Shown: piece after piece, positions 1-13,900 of the stretch
How the letters are laid out: each line of letters opens with the position of its first letter
Position numbering within the stretch: the stretch's first letter is position 1
Assembly (NCBI GenBank): GCA_051294905.1
Contig: CM119373.1
Coordinates: 36,704,001-36,768,000 of the forward strand
DNA length: 64,000 nt
Direction of reading: 5' to 3'
From: Botryllus schlosseri
Taxonomy: Eukaryota
Position numbers and translations under genes: made by a program
The notes under the pieces: model-generated
Databases searched by the model: none
Told to the model about the DNA's origin: nothing
The model's input: the letters and a program-made list of their open reading frames with translations, nothing else

Positions 1-244
1 GGCGAGTGAGATGAATAAAGATAGTGGATCGTGCGTTTCTTTATCGCGAGCTCCGTTGGGAGAATAGATGAGTGAATCTTATAATGAGCACTATACAGTT
101 GTATAATAGGAAAATATTCACCTTTTTTAAATTCGATTTTAATCAGAATTATAGATACAAATTTATTTCCAAATCCGTTTAGAATTAGAATTATAGCTAC
201 ACTGTGGTTTCCAGATAAGATTACACTTAGAATTGTACCTACAC

Positions 245-1673
245 CAGGGCCGTAACAGCACTTCGCCAGGCCCCCCAAAACGTTGGTCTCGGGCCCCCCA
301 TAGGGTGGTAAACCTAACTTCTGGGGGGCTTCGCCCCCAGACCCCTCTCCGACTATACGCTGTTTACATACGGTGTACGCTGTTTCTTCATTGGTTGTCC
401 GTTTAGTGAGTCTGTTTTGCTTGCCTACTCGCGCGAAGCGCGAGAAAATTTTGTAATTCACGACTGAATAACGTCAATATGACGCTGTTTATACATGGGG
501 TGTCCGTTTAGTGAGTCAGCTTTGCTGGCTTAATCGCGCGAAGCGCGAGAAATTTCTATAATTCATGACTGAATCTGTCAATATGGTCGGTATTACTTAT
601 ATATTGCTATCAATTTTTATCCTCTCTCTGCTCCCGTAATCTGATTTACCGGTAGAGCTGAGTAAAGAGTAGTTGAAAAGGTAGGACCCCTCAATAATAA
701 TTGAACATCTCCGGGTGTATACCCGTTGGCAGGAACGAAACAACACTTCGTCAGGCCCCTAAAAACTTGAGTCTTGGGCTCCCATAGGGTGATAAACCGA
801 CCCCCCCCCCAATCACGTTGTTCGCGTTTGTCACGAATTACAGTTCAGTTAGCCAGCGCCACGCGCGAAAATTTTTGATAATTGATGATAAAATCGGTCA
901 ATAAGATCGGGAATTGCATATATATTGCTATCAATTTCTTGTCCTCTCTACTCACGAAGTCAGATTTACAGGTAGAGCTGAGTGAGATGTCTTTGAAACT
1001 GTAGAGCCCGTAAATAATAATTAAACATCTTCTGACGGGCGGACTCATTGGTATGACTTCGTTACATGATGTTATTTCGTGACCTCCTGTCTGCTACATC
1101 AAAAAATATAGAATCGCCCAAACGTAGCCTACTAAACTAAAAGATCACACGATTTCAAATTGGTATTTCTTCACTGGCATCTAATTTTTCGCTGCGGGAT
1201 GGTATCTGTCCTATGAGGTTCAGATTGCCAAGACAGGAACATTCGGCGCCAGTCATTTAGGCGACCATGGACAAATAAACCTATATGTATTTTGTAGCCT
1301 ATAGTCTATATAACGACGTTTTCGGTCACCATAAGGGCAGTCCTTTTCTGCCAAGATTTCTCCCTGTTGATCGTTCTGGCACACTTCTTGGAGTCGCGTG
1401 TTACATGGCCTAAAACTGTATATGTCTTGGTGCGTCGCGGCGCGGTAATGGCCAACGCCGATATGCCTATTTCTATAAATCTTGTGTATTTTTCACTGGG
1501 GCAAGAGTACCCAATAGTCATAACATTTGGCAACTTGAAAAATTTGTGAAAATGTTGCATAAAGTTTCAAAAAATACTCTATAATTTATGCTAATTCACC
1601 AAAAAATTTGGGGCCTCCTTCGAGCTCGCCCCCCCCCAATTGGGGGGTTTGGGGTGCGGCAATTACGGCCCTG
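245..1673 (+). mobile_element. Non-autonomous hAT-type DNA transposon (family A), complete
   Basis: TIRs CAGGGCCGTAA / TTACGGCCCTG; identical 8-bp TSD ACCTACAC at 237-244 and 1674-1681; internal ~320-bp repeat (GGTAGAGCTG at 651 and 971); no transposase ORF. Confidence 0.9.
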
Positions 1674-1681
1674 ACCTACAC

Positions 1682-2656
1682 CCGGGGTCCGCGGGCCAAA
1701 CGAGAAGCAGAAAATATGTTGGCGGGCCGAGTCAAAAATGATAGCTGTATTCCCCGGCGTATTAATTTTATTTCGAAATTGAAAGCAGTGAATTACACTG
1801 CCAATTAATGCTGCTCAGCGGATGAGTTAATATCAGGGGACGAGAAAGTGACAGGTAATCACCAAAAATAATCTTTATTTGTCGTCATATTTCGAAGCAA
1901 TGTTAAGCTTCATACATTTTGAACTCACTACCCCTACTCGCGTAATTCTATCAAGACAATAAAATGTTTTTGGGATACTACAAAGTTTATTGTCTTGGTC
2001 GCTGCCTTTCGAGCTGTGTGCAGCGAAATAGCCTTGTTGTTGAGCGAAGATTGCAGTTCTTCTGAAATTCGCCCTCCCTTGACCGAGTGTATGTCTTCGT
2101 TTGTTTGTCATAAGACCGACTCAACTTATACTACTCAAACACGGCTACCTGCTCGGCACAAACTAAAAGGACGAGTTTACCCCTGATTCAAGTACACAAA
2201 TATATAATGCTTTAAACCTTTGCATTTCAGCTTTCGGCTCTTTTTTGACATGCACGCAGAGTAATCACGGGCACTGATTGACTTAATTTGCGAATTAGGG
2301 GTTTGGAAACGTATCACGTGCCGCGTAATGCGTAATGTGACAATGGTGACTTCTTGTGACTCTAATTGTTACGGCATAATTTGCTACATTGACTTTATTT
2401 TGAATCTGGTTACGCATGCCAGGTACGTTGGCTGCGTAATCGCGGTACATAAGTAAAATAAAAACAGGATTGTAAGTTAACGAATTTTCGGGCAGTAGTA
2501 AATATACAGTAATAGTATACAGCCTTTGGTTTTAGTCCACCCAGCAACAATAAAAAGTAGGTTTTATGTTTTGATTTCCAAGAAGCTTTTTGCGGGCCGC
2601 TCAGAATAGCTCCGAAGGCTGCTTTTTGCCCGCGGGCCGCACTTTTCCCAAGTCTG
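1682..2656 (+). mobile_element. Charlie-like hAT MITE (family B), 5' end eroded
   Basis: CCGCGGGCC subterminal motifs at both ends and a 3' end GCCCGCGGGCCGCACTTTTCCCAAGTCTG; internal blocks align by eye with 14610-14780 and 16140-16575. Confidence 0.55.
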
Positions 2657-2723
2657 CTCTACGCAGATAAAACGACACTGCTGTATTATGTATCCTTTAT
2701 ATATATATATATATATATTTACC

Positions 2724-3000
2724 TATTAGACTACTTTGGTGGACAGTCCTGTTTTGAAGCAGTTGGGCGACAATTATCGCCAATAGAAGGAGACAAGCTA
2801 GGCGTCTTGAAATAACTCGATTGGTTTTGGAATATCGATTCCGCGCTTTGTCACTGGTGATTTGCGGTTTATATCGCAGCGTTTAGAATATACACGAAAT
2901 GTCCTCCAACTGCGGTCGCCCTAATTTTTCCCAACTTTTGCAATATCTAATAGACCACTTTAGTGGACATTTGTTACTTAGGGAGACAATTCGCCATTTT
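2724..3000. repeat. Dispersed repeat fragment related to 11880-11990
   Basis: TTAGACTACTTTGGTGGACA...GCAGTTGGGCGAC matches the reverse complement of 11930-11990 (TTAGGCTACTTTGGGAGACA...GCAGTTGGGGGAC). Confidence 0.4.
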
Positions 3001-3284
3001 GAATTACCAGACCATGACCATTGCTGTTACTGAACTTAGGTGGACATTGACGTCGTATTATATGACAAGGTTCGGGAACCAGTTTCGTCAAAAGAGTCAT
3101 TTACCAATGACAATCACTTTTGACGTCACTATTTGAAATCCACGACGTCATCCTTGTACGATATCGATGATCGCGATATATAATTCGCCGTTTGTTTGTT
3201 TTTTATTCATGGTGTTTTGACTAATTTGGTAGTTTTAGAGTATGCCTATATTCATTTTTTGATTCCGTATTCACCGACTTTTAG

Positions 3285-3465
3285 CACAGCCCACTCCTAG
3301 GCTTTTATAAATCACCGCTTACGCGGATCACATGACGACGAGGAGCCTAGATAAACCTCCAACACTTGGGTAGGAATTCTCGTGTCGTCCTCAGCCGGAC
3401 TCGAACCAACAACCCATTGGTGTTGCAGCTGTGGATTATACCAATGACCACGCCATTTCACCACG
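3285..3465 (-). mobile_element. tRNA-derived SINE
   Basis: Minus-strand Pol III A-box-like TGGCGTGGTCATTGG (3441-3455) and B box GGTTCGAGTCC (3397-3407), followed by non-tRNA body sequence; no convincing acceptor stem. Confidence 0.6.
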
Positions 3466-3872
3466 CACATATTTGCGGTTGAAAACTGCTGTGAAAATAC
3501 GGAACATGTGTCTTTATAAGAAGCTACAGTTGGCCATGCTGCAGATTAGATCACCAGTTCTCTACGGCTAGTATGCAAATAACTACGACATTCAATAGCT
3601 ACCTTGCTGCGATAGCAGATCTCAGTTACCATAAAATAATAAATATATTCATTTTTATAATCGACCCTAATATCCATCGGAAGCTTCTTGTTTCATGGAC
3701 TTGGAGTGTATTAGCAGGTATAAGGCAATTTTCGGCTTAACGTAAGGCACACTTTTTGATCAATTATTACTAGTGCTGCAAGACAGAAACCTTCGAATAA
3801 AGACCACTTTAACATGTCGCTACCTCCTATCTCAGACTCTCGTCATGTTAAAGCCGCTTCAAATCGTTACGG

Positions 3873-4851
3873 ATTAGCTGGAAATTAGTCCACTTCATTA
3901 AAATAACTCCATTAAAGGGTGGTGGGATAATTTTTTGAAATTAAGGACGACGAAAATGAAATGAGCTGACAAGCAGGTAAAATACGGGTAAATATATTTC
4001 TCCAGTGATAGTAACATGTATTTTTGTCGGACCAATTTAGATTTCATGAAATCAATCCCAGTTATGCAGGGCACACCGATGTCTCTCTGCCTTGATTCGA
4101 AGTTTTTACTGATTGCAAAGTCGCCATTCCTAAAATCTCATCCACAGAGACATCAATTGCATTCCTCAGCAACTCAGCGATCGAATATTTCTCTGCCACT
4201 TGACATTGACTGATCCAGGGCGTAAATGATGCCGATTGCAATTGAGAATGGGCTATATGCCAATGAATGGTATTTATGAGTTGAAAAAGCATTTATGGTA
4301 CTTCACTTAGGCGTTGATACTAGAGCTGTGTATGTGCTGGAAACTTTGCGAGCTTCAGGGAAACGAAATGGTAACCCACTGAGCTTATAAAGCACATTAG
4401 ATATTTTCTGGTCTTTCAATATCACCAGAACCCCCTTCTTGTCATAAAGTAATAAAAAACATTGGTGATTTAACACGATATATGGATACAATTAGTTATT
4501 AGATGGTATTCACCGAATGTGGAGGATGACATGAAAAAAGGACGATGACTTTTGATAGGAATAAGATCCGTCACGATGCCAATTAGTCTTATAATCCGCC
4601 TGTAAGAGTACTATAGGAGTGCTGCAGAGCAAATGATAGAATATCATAAATATCAAATTGTAGCGTGAAGGAATCCACCTTGGACCGATAAAGAATATAG
4701 ATATTGACTACCACTTGAAAAATATATTTACCCGTATTTTGCGTGCTTATTGTGGTCGTGAATTTCAGTGTGTAAACTACTCTATTGGAAAATTATCTCA
4801 CCATCGTTTTAACGTGTCTATTTCAATGAAGTGGACTAATTTACAGCTAAT
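3873..4851. mobile_element. Foldback/MITE with ~150-bp imperfect TIRs
   Basis: 3873-4020 is the reverse complement of 4700-4851 (ATTAGCTG.AAATTAGTCCACTTCATT...AAAATACGGGTAAATATATTT). Confidence 0.75.
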
Positions 4852-5974
4852 ATGTGTCATCAATTTCTTTCATTTACTGGCGATGTAGGCCCTTGTCAAG
4901 ATCAAAACAAGTCTAAGGGACATCCCTGCCTCTTCAGGCATAAATGGAACACGATTTTTGGTCATGTCGGTGTGACGAAATTGGTCACCGTAAATACTAT
5001 TATTTCAAAAATGACCGAAATTTGCATTTGACTGGCCTCGGCTTCTACGCAGCGGGAAATCCAGCAAACCTAACCGAACATTCGCCGCAATCATAGACAC
5101 GCCTAGATCTCCAATTCAATCATGCTCGCTAGTGAGAGCGTGGCGAGATAGCGTATAGTGGAATAATCCACAACCGCAAGACCAGCTGGTTGCGGTTTCG
5201 GTCCGACCGAGGTCGACTCCAGAATTTGTACTAAGGTAATAAAGGTTTATCTCGGCTTCTACGTAGCATCTCATTCGCGTAATCGTTGTCTTATGAAGGT
5301 AAAAATGGCATAAAAAACATCGGCATGGTGTAAAATGTGAACAATGTAGTCGGGCACCGTGAATATCAAACAATAACGACCAAAATTGTTGCGGTACGCT
5401 ATATTGCGGCGTGAGAATTGCTTTCATGAATCGCATCGATCTGATATCGTCTATGTTCACTGTTCATACTTTCGCAGTTGAAACACATTAACCTATAGAT
5501 TTACCGGCTCGGAGTCGAATGAATCTTCACTAATCTATACTAAAACAGTCAGAGTGGGTTTGTTGATGCAGCCATCCACCAGCAAAACCAGATTCGAAAT
5601 AGTGAAGTCATATAATATTGACCTTGATACCGATAGATTTCCTTCATGTGTAATTTCGTAACTAAAGCTATATTTGTCGCCAATACTACGTTGAATACGC
5701 GTTTTGTAAGGTATCATAAATGTCACGGGTAATAACCCTGCCCGATCAATTATAATTACAATTATCAACATGGCCAAAGCGTCAAACCCTGTATAAACCA
5801 ATCCCAACCTATCTTCATTTCGAATTGCGAACCTCCTTGATTACCTTGGCGCTTGATGGGGTCATCATCATTGTAACCGAGGTATTGCACGCGACGTAAT
5901 ATGATTTAATAGGCTCCAGGCTCCGCCCATGTCTGCAGGCCTGTGCTTCAAATCCCGCACTGATCATAAATGTC

Positions 5975-6225
5975 ATAAAAAATAATTCCGGATTCCAGCC
6001 ATTCACTTATTAAATTGTCAGCTTACTCTAAAAAAACACTGCACACCAAATTTGGTTCAATTCTAACAAGCATAGGACTCCGCAGATCAAATTAGAATTT
6101 TTAATTTATTGGGTAAAATTTAAAAAAAAAATCAAATTTTTCTGCCAACCCCATGAAATTGTTGAGCTGTTTTCAAAGACGATGCAAAACAAATTTGACT
6201 CAATTCCGACCAGTAGAAGCGGAGT
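5975..6225 (+). mobile_element. Fragment of palindromic MITE family C
   Basis: CACACCAAATTTGGTTCAATT...CCCCATGAAATTGTTG...CAATTCCGACCAGTAGAAGCGGAG is shared with 36068-36584, 40575-40960 and 42439-43336. Confidence 0.6.
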
Positions 6226-8874
6226 TATGTGAGTTTTTCGATTATAATCCTCGGATTATCCTGGATCGGTGGATCATCCGAGAAGTTCACGTTTTTCATA
6301 GGCGGGCTATCCGAGGTTCCGTCTCGGTCGTTCACACACCTGGGCCATACGAGGTACCGCTGCGTTCGTCTTCGGGCCCCGCGTAGACCGATACCCGATA
6401 CGATCGTATCGGACTTTCAGCCGACTCGGGATCGGCCTTCAAAAAACAGTGTATAGCGCTTTTTTCATAGTTTTTTTAATCACCGATTTCTCGCCAACCG
6501 AATATCGTAGCCGGATAAATTTGGTACCGGCAGACGCGTAATTCGATTACAATTCCAACGATGCCCGGGAAATGGGGCTGGGACGCGTAGAAAAAAGTTT
6601 TCTTCCAAAAACCCGTGATGGTACGCCAATACGGGTTACGCAATTGGTTTTTCGATCGGTCGGTATCAGAACAGAGATCGAAATACCGATCGACAACCGC
6701 TGGTCCTAGGGGTTCGACAGAGTTATCCCCGTTTTCCTCTCGTCGAACTGCACGCGATGATATCCGATTCAACGGCTTGGGACCCGGGGTTGGCCCGGTA
6801 TTGGCGTTTGAAAAGTCGGTTTTTGTCTCCCAAAGGCTACCGAATTCGCGGAATATACATATCGATCAGTAGCTTAGGAATAGCCTACTTTTATCACAAA
6901 AAATTTAACATGCCGCCTTACTTACAGAGATAGGCGCAATTCACAATGTTGAATTAGGTCGATGACTTTAGTGTTGTATACGTACGTGCGACCAATTGCG
7001 TGCCATCAACTGGTAAGGTCTCATGTCCGCTGTCACCGAGTGACTGAAGGATTAGTTTCAGCGTTTTAGCACTTTAGCAGGTTATAGTAAATGGACGTTA
7101 CTTTGGAAGATGTAATAGCAGATGATGTAGAATGATGAAGATGATGTTATTAGCAGCTCATGGCCCCCAAGTTTCATGACAAGTATATTAGCATGAATCC
7201 TATAAACACGAATCTCATAAGAAAAGTTTAAGATGCAAACATGCCATGCGTGATGGAGTTACTTCCCAATCAGTGTTTTCATCGAACGATCCGCTGTGCG
7301 TATTGAAGAGTATTCTACATAGCTGCTGAATTCTGCGTACAAATAGCGTGTAAAAATGGATCGCCACGCCGACTCCATTTCCATGACAAAAAGTGAGTAT
7401 TGAGTAAAGAATGCATTTCTCTTCTGTTGTGTTATATTTCACGCTAACTTTATATTTCGCGTTAACTTTATATTGTTTCCCGATTAATTTCAAATAGTTC
7501 AACTAGATAGTTTCTAAATATTGATAAATCGTATTTAAACGCTGTTTGAGAGAGCATATAGTTACGATAACATCTGCATTTTCGTTTCATTGATTCTTTT
7601 TAAAATCCAGTGTGTGGCCTATGCCTGATCGATACAATTGTCTCGGTCGTGAGACGGACGCAATTGTTCACTAACACGCCTCCTTTGATCTAAGATATCT
7701 GGCGTTGTACCGGTCATAGACGGTTACAGTCTTTTTGTAATGATAATTTTTATCAATACGCGTACATCAAGCTATATATCATATACGCGAGCAGCGTATA
7801 ACCTGTTCAAATGCTGGTTGAATACAGAAAAACGAATTTTGCGCGTGTTGGTAAGACCAGACATGCAAAGTCTTCCCTGAACACGCTTCACCTAATCGGA
7901 GATATGCGTTATGATGGTCTTATGATGTTGCAGTACTGTGCTGTGGATGGCTTCTATCGACACACATGTACCCAGCCATTTATAAGCTATTTTATGATGA
8001 TAAAACCTGTTAAAAGTGTAGGGTTCTATACGGCAAAACATTACGCGGCTAACGATGTCGGCAGGCATGATTGAATTTTCACAAATTCCCGTCCGCCATG
8101 GCAACATATTTGCTTTTATGAGACTTTTAGGCACTTGCAAATTGTACAAGATAGCTGCAATTCAAAAGAATTCATTACTATCAATCTATTGGACACTGGC
8201 GTAGCAAAAAATTGCCAACGTGACTAGTGAGGCCGTACAAATGAGCCCGCAGACTTTGCCGTAATTTAGCTGACTGGTTATATAATAACGCGCCATAAAC
8301 AGCGATATCATAAGTTCTGGATAGGAAAGGATGTATGCCGATCATGACGCCAATAAATCGCACGTGGTGATGTGTATTGCCTTTCATATTGATATGAAAG
8401 AAACATCACTTATACTGCGTAGAAACGACGCCCGCGTGTCACCTATGTGAGACAATATACCCTGTATTATGATTGTCTTTCGAATTGGCAGATTTGCTAG
8501 ATGTCTAATGCCATGGATAACAATACTTTATTCGTTATCATTAGTTATCATTGATCACAAAAACAATAGCTTAGTGACTGTGAAGTGGCTGCCGCGTTGT
8601 GTAATCGACACGCGGTGTGAGTCATCTTACGCAAACCGCAACACGCACGCTCAAATCGCATGTACGTCTGAGTTCATTACTTGATAACTGCATAAGGTAA
8701 ACACGTCACTCAGGACTCTTTCGATTGATGATACAGCTGAGAATTCGGTCAAGCGATCACTATAACATAATAAGGATTAGAAATGGCGTCACGGCCAAAT
8801 GAATACCAGTTTTCTCTTTTCTCAGATGAGAAATAGAGAAAACTCGGGATAATTAAACTATGATATCCCATCGC

Positions 8875-9020
8875 AGTCGCCGTCAAATTAGCTCAGTTGG
8901 TTGAGCATTGAAACGCAGAATCTGGCGATACGTTAGGCGTTGGTACAAGTCCCGGGGTTCGGATTTTATGATAATTTTTGTGAATCCACCCAAATTTTTG
9001 CATATAGGCCCGCCGTTCAG
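8875..9020 (+). mobile_element. tRNA-derived SINE (same family as 40430-40570)
   Basis: A box TAGCTCAGTTGG (8889-8900), B-box variant GGTACAAGTCCC, then GGTTCGGATTTTATGA...GGCC.GCCGTTC shared with the copy at 40430. Confidence 0.6.
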
Positions 9021-10394
9021 TAGCTCAATCTTGATGAAGCAACCTATCTTGCTGCATTTTTGTTTTGAAATTTACTGAAGTTGTGTATCATCTCCAAACG
9101 CGAGTGTACTGTGCATGTAGTTACCAATTTGGCACTACATGGCTGCATTATTTTTCAGCCACTACAAACAATCGAGACGTCAAGATAGCTGGGAACTCAC
9201 TCCAATGAATTTGCCGTCGAGCTGTTCAATGCGTGACCGATAATAGTGCATGCGGACTGCGGAGGCTTCATATAATCAGACGCAAATGTGAATATCACTC
9301 CCTAGTCTGCCATAATGAGCAACGATGATGACGTTATACGCTCTGATCTCTTCAACATCAGTCAGTCAATATATGTAATGTTGCCTTGCCTTGGCTTGAA
9401 CTGACGGGAATCGTAATTGATACCCGAATCTGACTGCTTCTTACCGTGTTTTATAATAGGGAAACTAAAATATCTGTACTCGTGGAAATTATTAGTTAGT
9501 GCAACGTATACAATGTAGAATTGTGGGCTGTAAGCCTATACTGAGCGTTGTAACCGACGCATTGTGCGAATTCGATCCTCTGGTATTTAAAGCTGATACC
9601 TTAATATGTTTGATAAGTGTTTGATTTGACGCTCTCCTGCCTCAGCATTGTGACGTTATGAAATGACAAAACAAGTCAACTAATTTACTACTTGCACTTG
9701 GCTGCTTTCCAATCCTATGTTGCCACATTTCAGCCTGATCATAATTATTTGTTTATGTTAGCTTTTGCAGAGTCATTTTATCCGTGTATGTGATGACGAA
9801 TAAACCAGCTCGATTTTTCTATCAACACTCCTACATGGTATGAGCGGATGACATGAGCTACGTAGTTGAATTTAATGTAAAACGTATACGCTTGATTGAT
9901 GTCAGGCGTTTTCGACTCAGATATGTGTTTCTGGTGACGATGATAGGGTGATTACAATAATTTATGGAATAAAACAAACTTACGAAAGTATGGAAAGCTG
10001 TTTGGGGTCACATAGTCCGTTGGACCTTGCGTATAATTCGAAAATTACGAGAAATATTGTTATTTATTATGCTAGTTGGTGCTGTTCTCCTCTCTCTAGC
10101 AACGAAATTGTTGTGGATGTGGAGAGGGGATGATTACACCCGCGGCCATATTAGGTCACATTTTATATTCATCTGCTTTGACTACTGCGTTCTGAGCAAT
10201 ATATTATTCTTGTATAGGTATAAAAGCCATAAATCCAGGGACTGTTACATAGCATCTCGCCTCACATTGATACAATTAAGAATCCTATATCTATTCGGTG
10301 ATCGCCACTTTGACCGAATGTAGCACTTTTGACCTATGCAGTCTCCATTTAGATGCGACCACGTGGACCTGGTAAAATGTTTGTATAATTAATG

Positions 10395-10990
10395 ATTGAT
10401 TAGGTCTATAAAATATTGATAATTGCGTGTATATTGCTATAAATTTTGTATCCTCTCAGTCCGACTTCCTGTGCGGTATGTAATCAAACGATATTGAACT
10501 CGCCTATACGCAGGCTACTAAACTAAAAGAAGCGCACGATTCAAAATTGGTATTTTTTCACTGTTCAATAATAATTCGGGATGGGATGTCAGTTGCCCTG
10601 TGGGGTCCAGATTGCCACGACATGAATATAATGTGCCAGCACTTTAGGCACCCGTACAAATACATTTTTATATCGAAGTTTACGGTCAACATAAGGGCAA
10701 TCCCTTTCGACTAATGTGTTCTCGCTGACGATCTTTTTGGCACACTTCTATGAGACCCATGCTCGCCCAAACTTCATATATCTTCTTACATCTTGGCGTG
10801 GTAATGGCCAACGCTTAGATGCCTACTTTCATAAATGATGCGTATTTTTTGTGGAGGAAGGGTGCCTAATAATCAAAACATTTATCTACATGAAATCGCG
10901 TATAGTGCGAGCAGAATTAAAAAGATGCAAAAATTTTCAAATAAATAGCGTATATTAATTGTTCATTCACGAAATAATATTTGGCACCCT
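10395..10990 (+). mobile_element. Old, truncated copy of hAT family A
   Basis: Aligns by eye to ~1085-1610 (CTACTAAACTAAAAG...CACGATT.AAATTGGTATT; GTAATGGCCAACGC...ATGCCTA). Confidence 0.7.
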
Positions 10991-13900
10991 TAATAAATAC
11001 CGCGCTTCGTAGTTTCATCATTCTCCTCTTTGTTCAATATGTCGCAATGCATCTTTTGTACCGCACTGTACATTGTCTGGCTTGAGCGGAAACAATAATT
11101 TGAGCTAAATTAGAAATAAAAGTCGGGTGTCCGCGGAGGCTCGAGACGGTCCAAAGGGGGTCCGCAAGGACATAAAAGGTTGAGAATAACTGACGTAAGG
11201 TATATTCCTTATGCTCGCAACTGACAGAGCATCTTCAAGCGGCCTTGACACAAGCAAATCAACGACCTATCAGCTCAATATATTGGGTGCGAGAAATACT
11301 ACAGAATATTCATCATGCTATAACCAATACATATATTTGATGGAGCTGTATTAAGGTAAAGCAGTAATTCTTTTTCACAATGTGTATCACGAGTGTTGAA
11401 CAACATGTAACAATGATGTAGTGCCTTTTCGCCTTTGCTAAGAGCTAATAAGGGCCCAAATATTAGGAGTCGACATTAAAATCGTACTACCCGCGGTGTC
11501 TACCAAAATCGCAACTAGAACTTATGTTGAGTCATCACAATGGTGGTCAGCATTTTTTGTGTCGTCATTTTTTAACACAGTGTATAAATGCTTAAAATCC
11601 CTATATATACCGGAATGGTTCGAACTGAGTGAATCCTAAACAAAAACTATCATGTATGCAAAGCGGTGTCATTTTATACACGCGAAAAGTGGAAGAAAAT
11701 CCCCCCTATTGGTTGTCGACTTAATGCCACTTTTCAAAATACGGGGTTTATACAGGGGTCAAAATGTCGCCATTGTAACTCTAAATTCCTGCTACTTCAT
11801 GGCTTGATTTCTTCTGTAAGGGGCAAATGAGGGACTAATGAGCGTGGTCCCAAACGGATTTGCTTAACAGATGATAACAACTGAGGGAAAAATGTCGCCA
11901 AGAATTAGGGGGACACAAAATTGTCTCCCTATTTTTTTCGTCCCCCAACTGCTACAAAAATAAGTACGATTGTCTCCCAAAGTAGCCTAATAGGTAAATA
12001 TATATATCTTCACGCCCTTCCTCGCTAAACACTATATAATGTAGCCTAATCAGCATATCTCCTCCATTCGCTACACTAAGTCGCAAAAGGCTACGCGGAA
12101 TGTGTACTGCAGGTCTCTCTAGGGCCCATCGCAGTTCATGCACGCTAATATACACCATGCCATTATGGTTCATTACACCACACTGCATACCACGTGACGT
12201 GACCACTCCCTTTTTCGTGTATCGCGCCATAAATAAACGCGCACAATCTTACATCCCTTATGCCACTGCTGGTCCGCGAGGAAAATTTATATGCTTTTGA
12301 GAGTTGTTTGAAAGCTCAGAATTAAAGTAGTCAAGCTCACTGTTGAAAATATAAAACTAACCAAGCTGATATCTCTATTCAAAGCATGTGTTTAAGTGGC
12401 GTAGGGAGGATCGTATGCCTCTTCTTTTCAAATCTAACATCTAGCCGTAATATATATTTGATCACGTAATCGCACAATATCAGTTAGATGCACGCTGAGC
12501 GTTTCCATCGAACAATGCTGCGAATTTATTTTTTAGGCGCATCGCCGCCTCAATATCGTATTTAAACCTTCAACCGCTAGTGAAACTCTAGATACCGCAC
12601 TCGGACTCCAAAACCTTACGGTGCAGTTTTTTTTGCATATACGAATTCTCGAACTAAAGCAGTTTTTCATTTACAGTTTCATTTAATTCGAGTGATATTG
12701 CTCGTTACATGTATCATGCATCATATATTTTTCGCTGCAATACGTAGCAGCAATCCGGCCATGTTTCTGGTTTTAATAAAACAATATAATTTTTAAAACG
12801 ATACACACCAACATCCGCGATTCATTACTTTGATGACACCTCGAAATTCCCGCGCTCTAACCACGCATACGAAATCCACAGTTTACTGATAACCACCGAT
12901 ATAAGCTCGTTTACGCAGTTGTGATGTAAATTCCACGTTCATTCGGTATGTTTTGAACATTTCCATGAAATTTCGAATTGTGATTCGTTATTCCGCCATT
13001 TTGTTTCGGAGTCATAACAATAACATAACTCCGCACTGTCGCCTTATTATTGGTCTGGCGGTATCTTATTATTCGATCTTTCAAGTAAGCTATATACTCG
13101 AACTAGTTATCAACAATCAGCTGGATTACCAATTAATCCTTGACGGAAGTATTTTAATTTGCTATGCGTTACCTAAGCGCTAACCTAATTCATGAACGCC
13201 AATGTGCGTCTGTTTCGATAAACAGTAGATTCACTGATTTAAATTAAATTTCATGCTAATTTCTATGGCTATTATCCGTCAATTAACCAAGGTTTATACT
13301 TTGGGTATTAGCGACACATTTCAATATACCATTATCATCATTCCCGTGTAGCCATGGAGGATGTTATTTTTATAACCATTTTCCTTAACATGAAATAATC
13401 TGCAAAGATAAACGCGTTCTAATCGCCTTGTTTACTTTCGGCCGTAAAAGTGAAATAGTAATGATTACATTGTAGCGTTACTGGAACATATCGTTAAGTA
13501 TCGTTATTCACTTTATCTTACCTCAGACATTGAGCTTGCATTTATATAAATATGGAAGTTACTTCCGACTTTTATAACTTTGGAGTTATTTCGTCATGTC
13601 AGGTGATTCGATAATTTTAGCATTCATAATAACTAGAGCAAGTTTTTGCTACTTTCGCAACTATTTTTACGGCATCCAGCAGCGTCCTAAATACTCAGAA
13701 TTTATGAAGTATGGTTTTTTAAGCTGTTTCGAGGAGTCTTACATCACAAGTTTTTGCAACTTTTCTACAATTTTTTCATGAATCTTTTCGCAACTTTTTT
13801 CGATTTTTCATGGAAACTTTTTGCATTTTCGAGTTTTTGTGCGACTAACTTTTTACTGGAAATATTTGGCACTACATGTAAATAGATTGCTTGATTATTT

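Noticed and set aside
3397-3465. Functional tRNA genes here and at 8875, 40430 and 52692
   Set aside because: A and B boxes are present, but no complete cloverleaf or acceptor stem was found, and each continues into repeat body sequence.
4062-4292. piggyBac transposase (SVDE...PA*LG)
   Set aside because: Motif spacing is wrong and there is no TTAA TSD.
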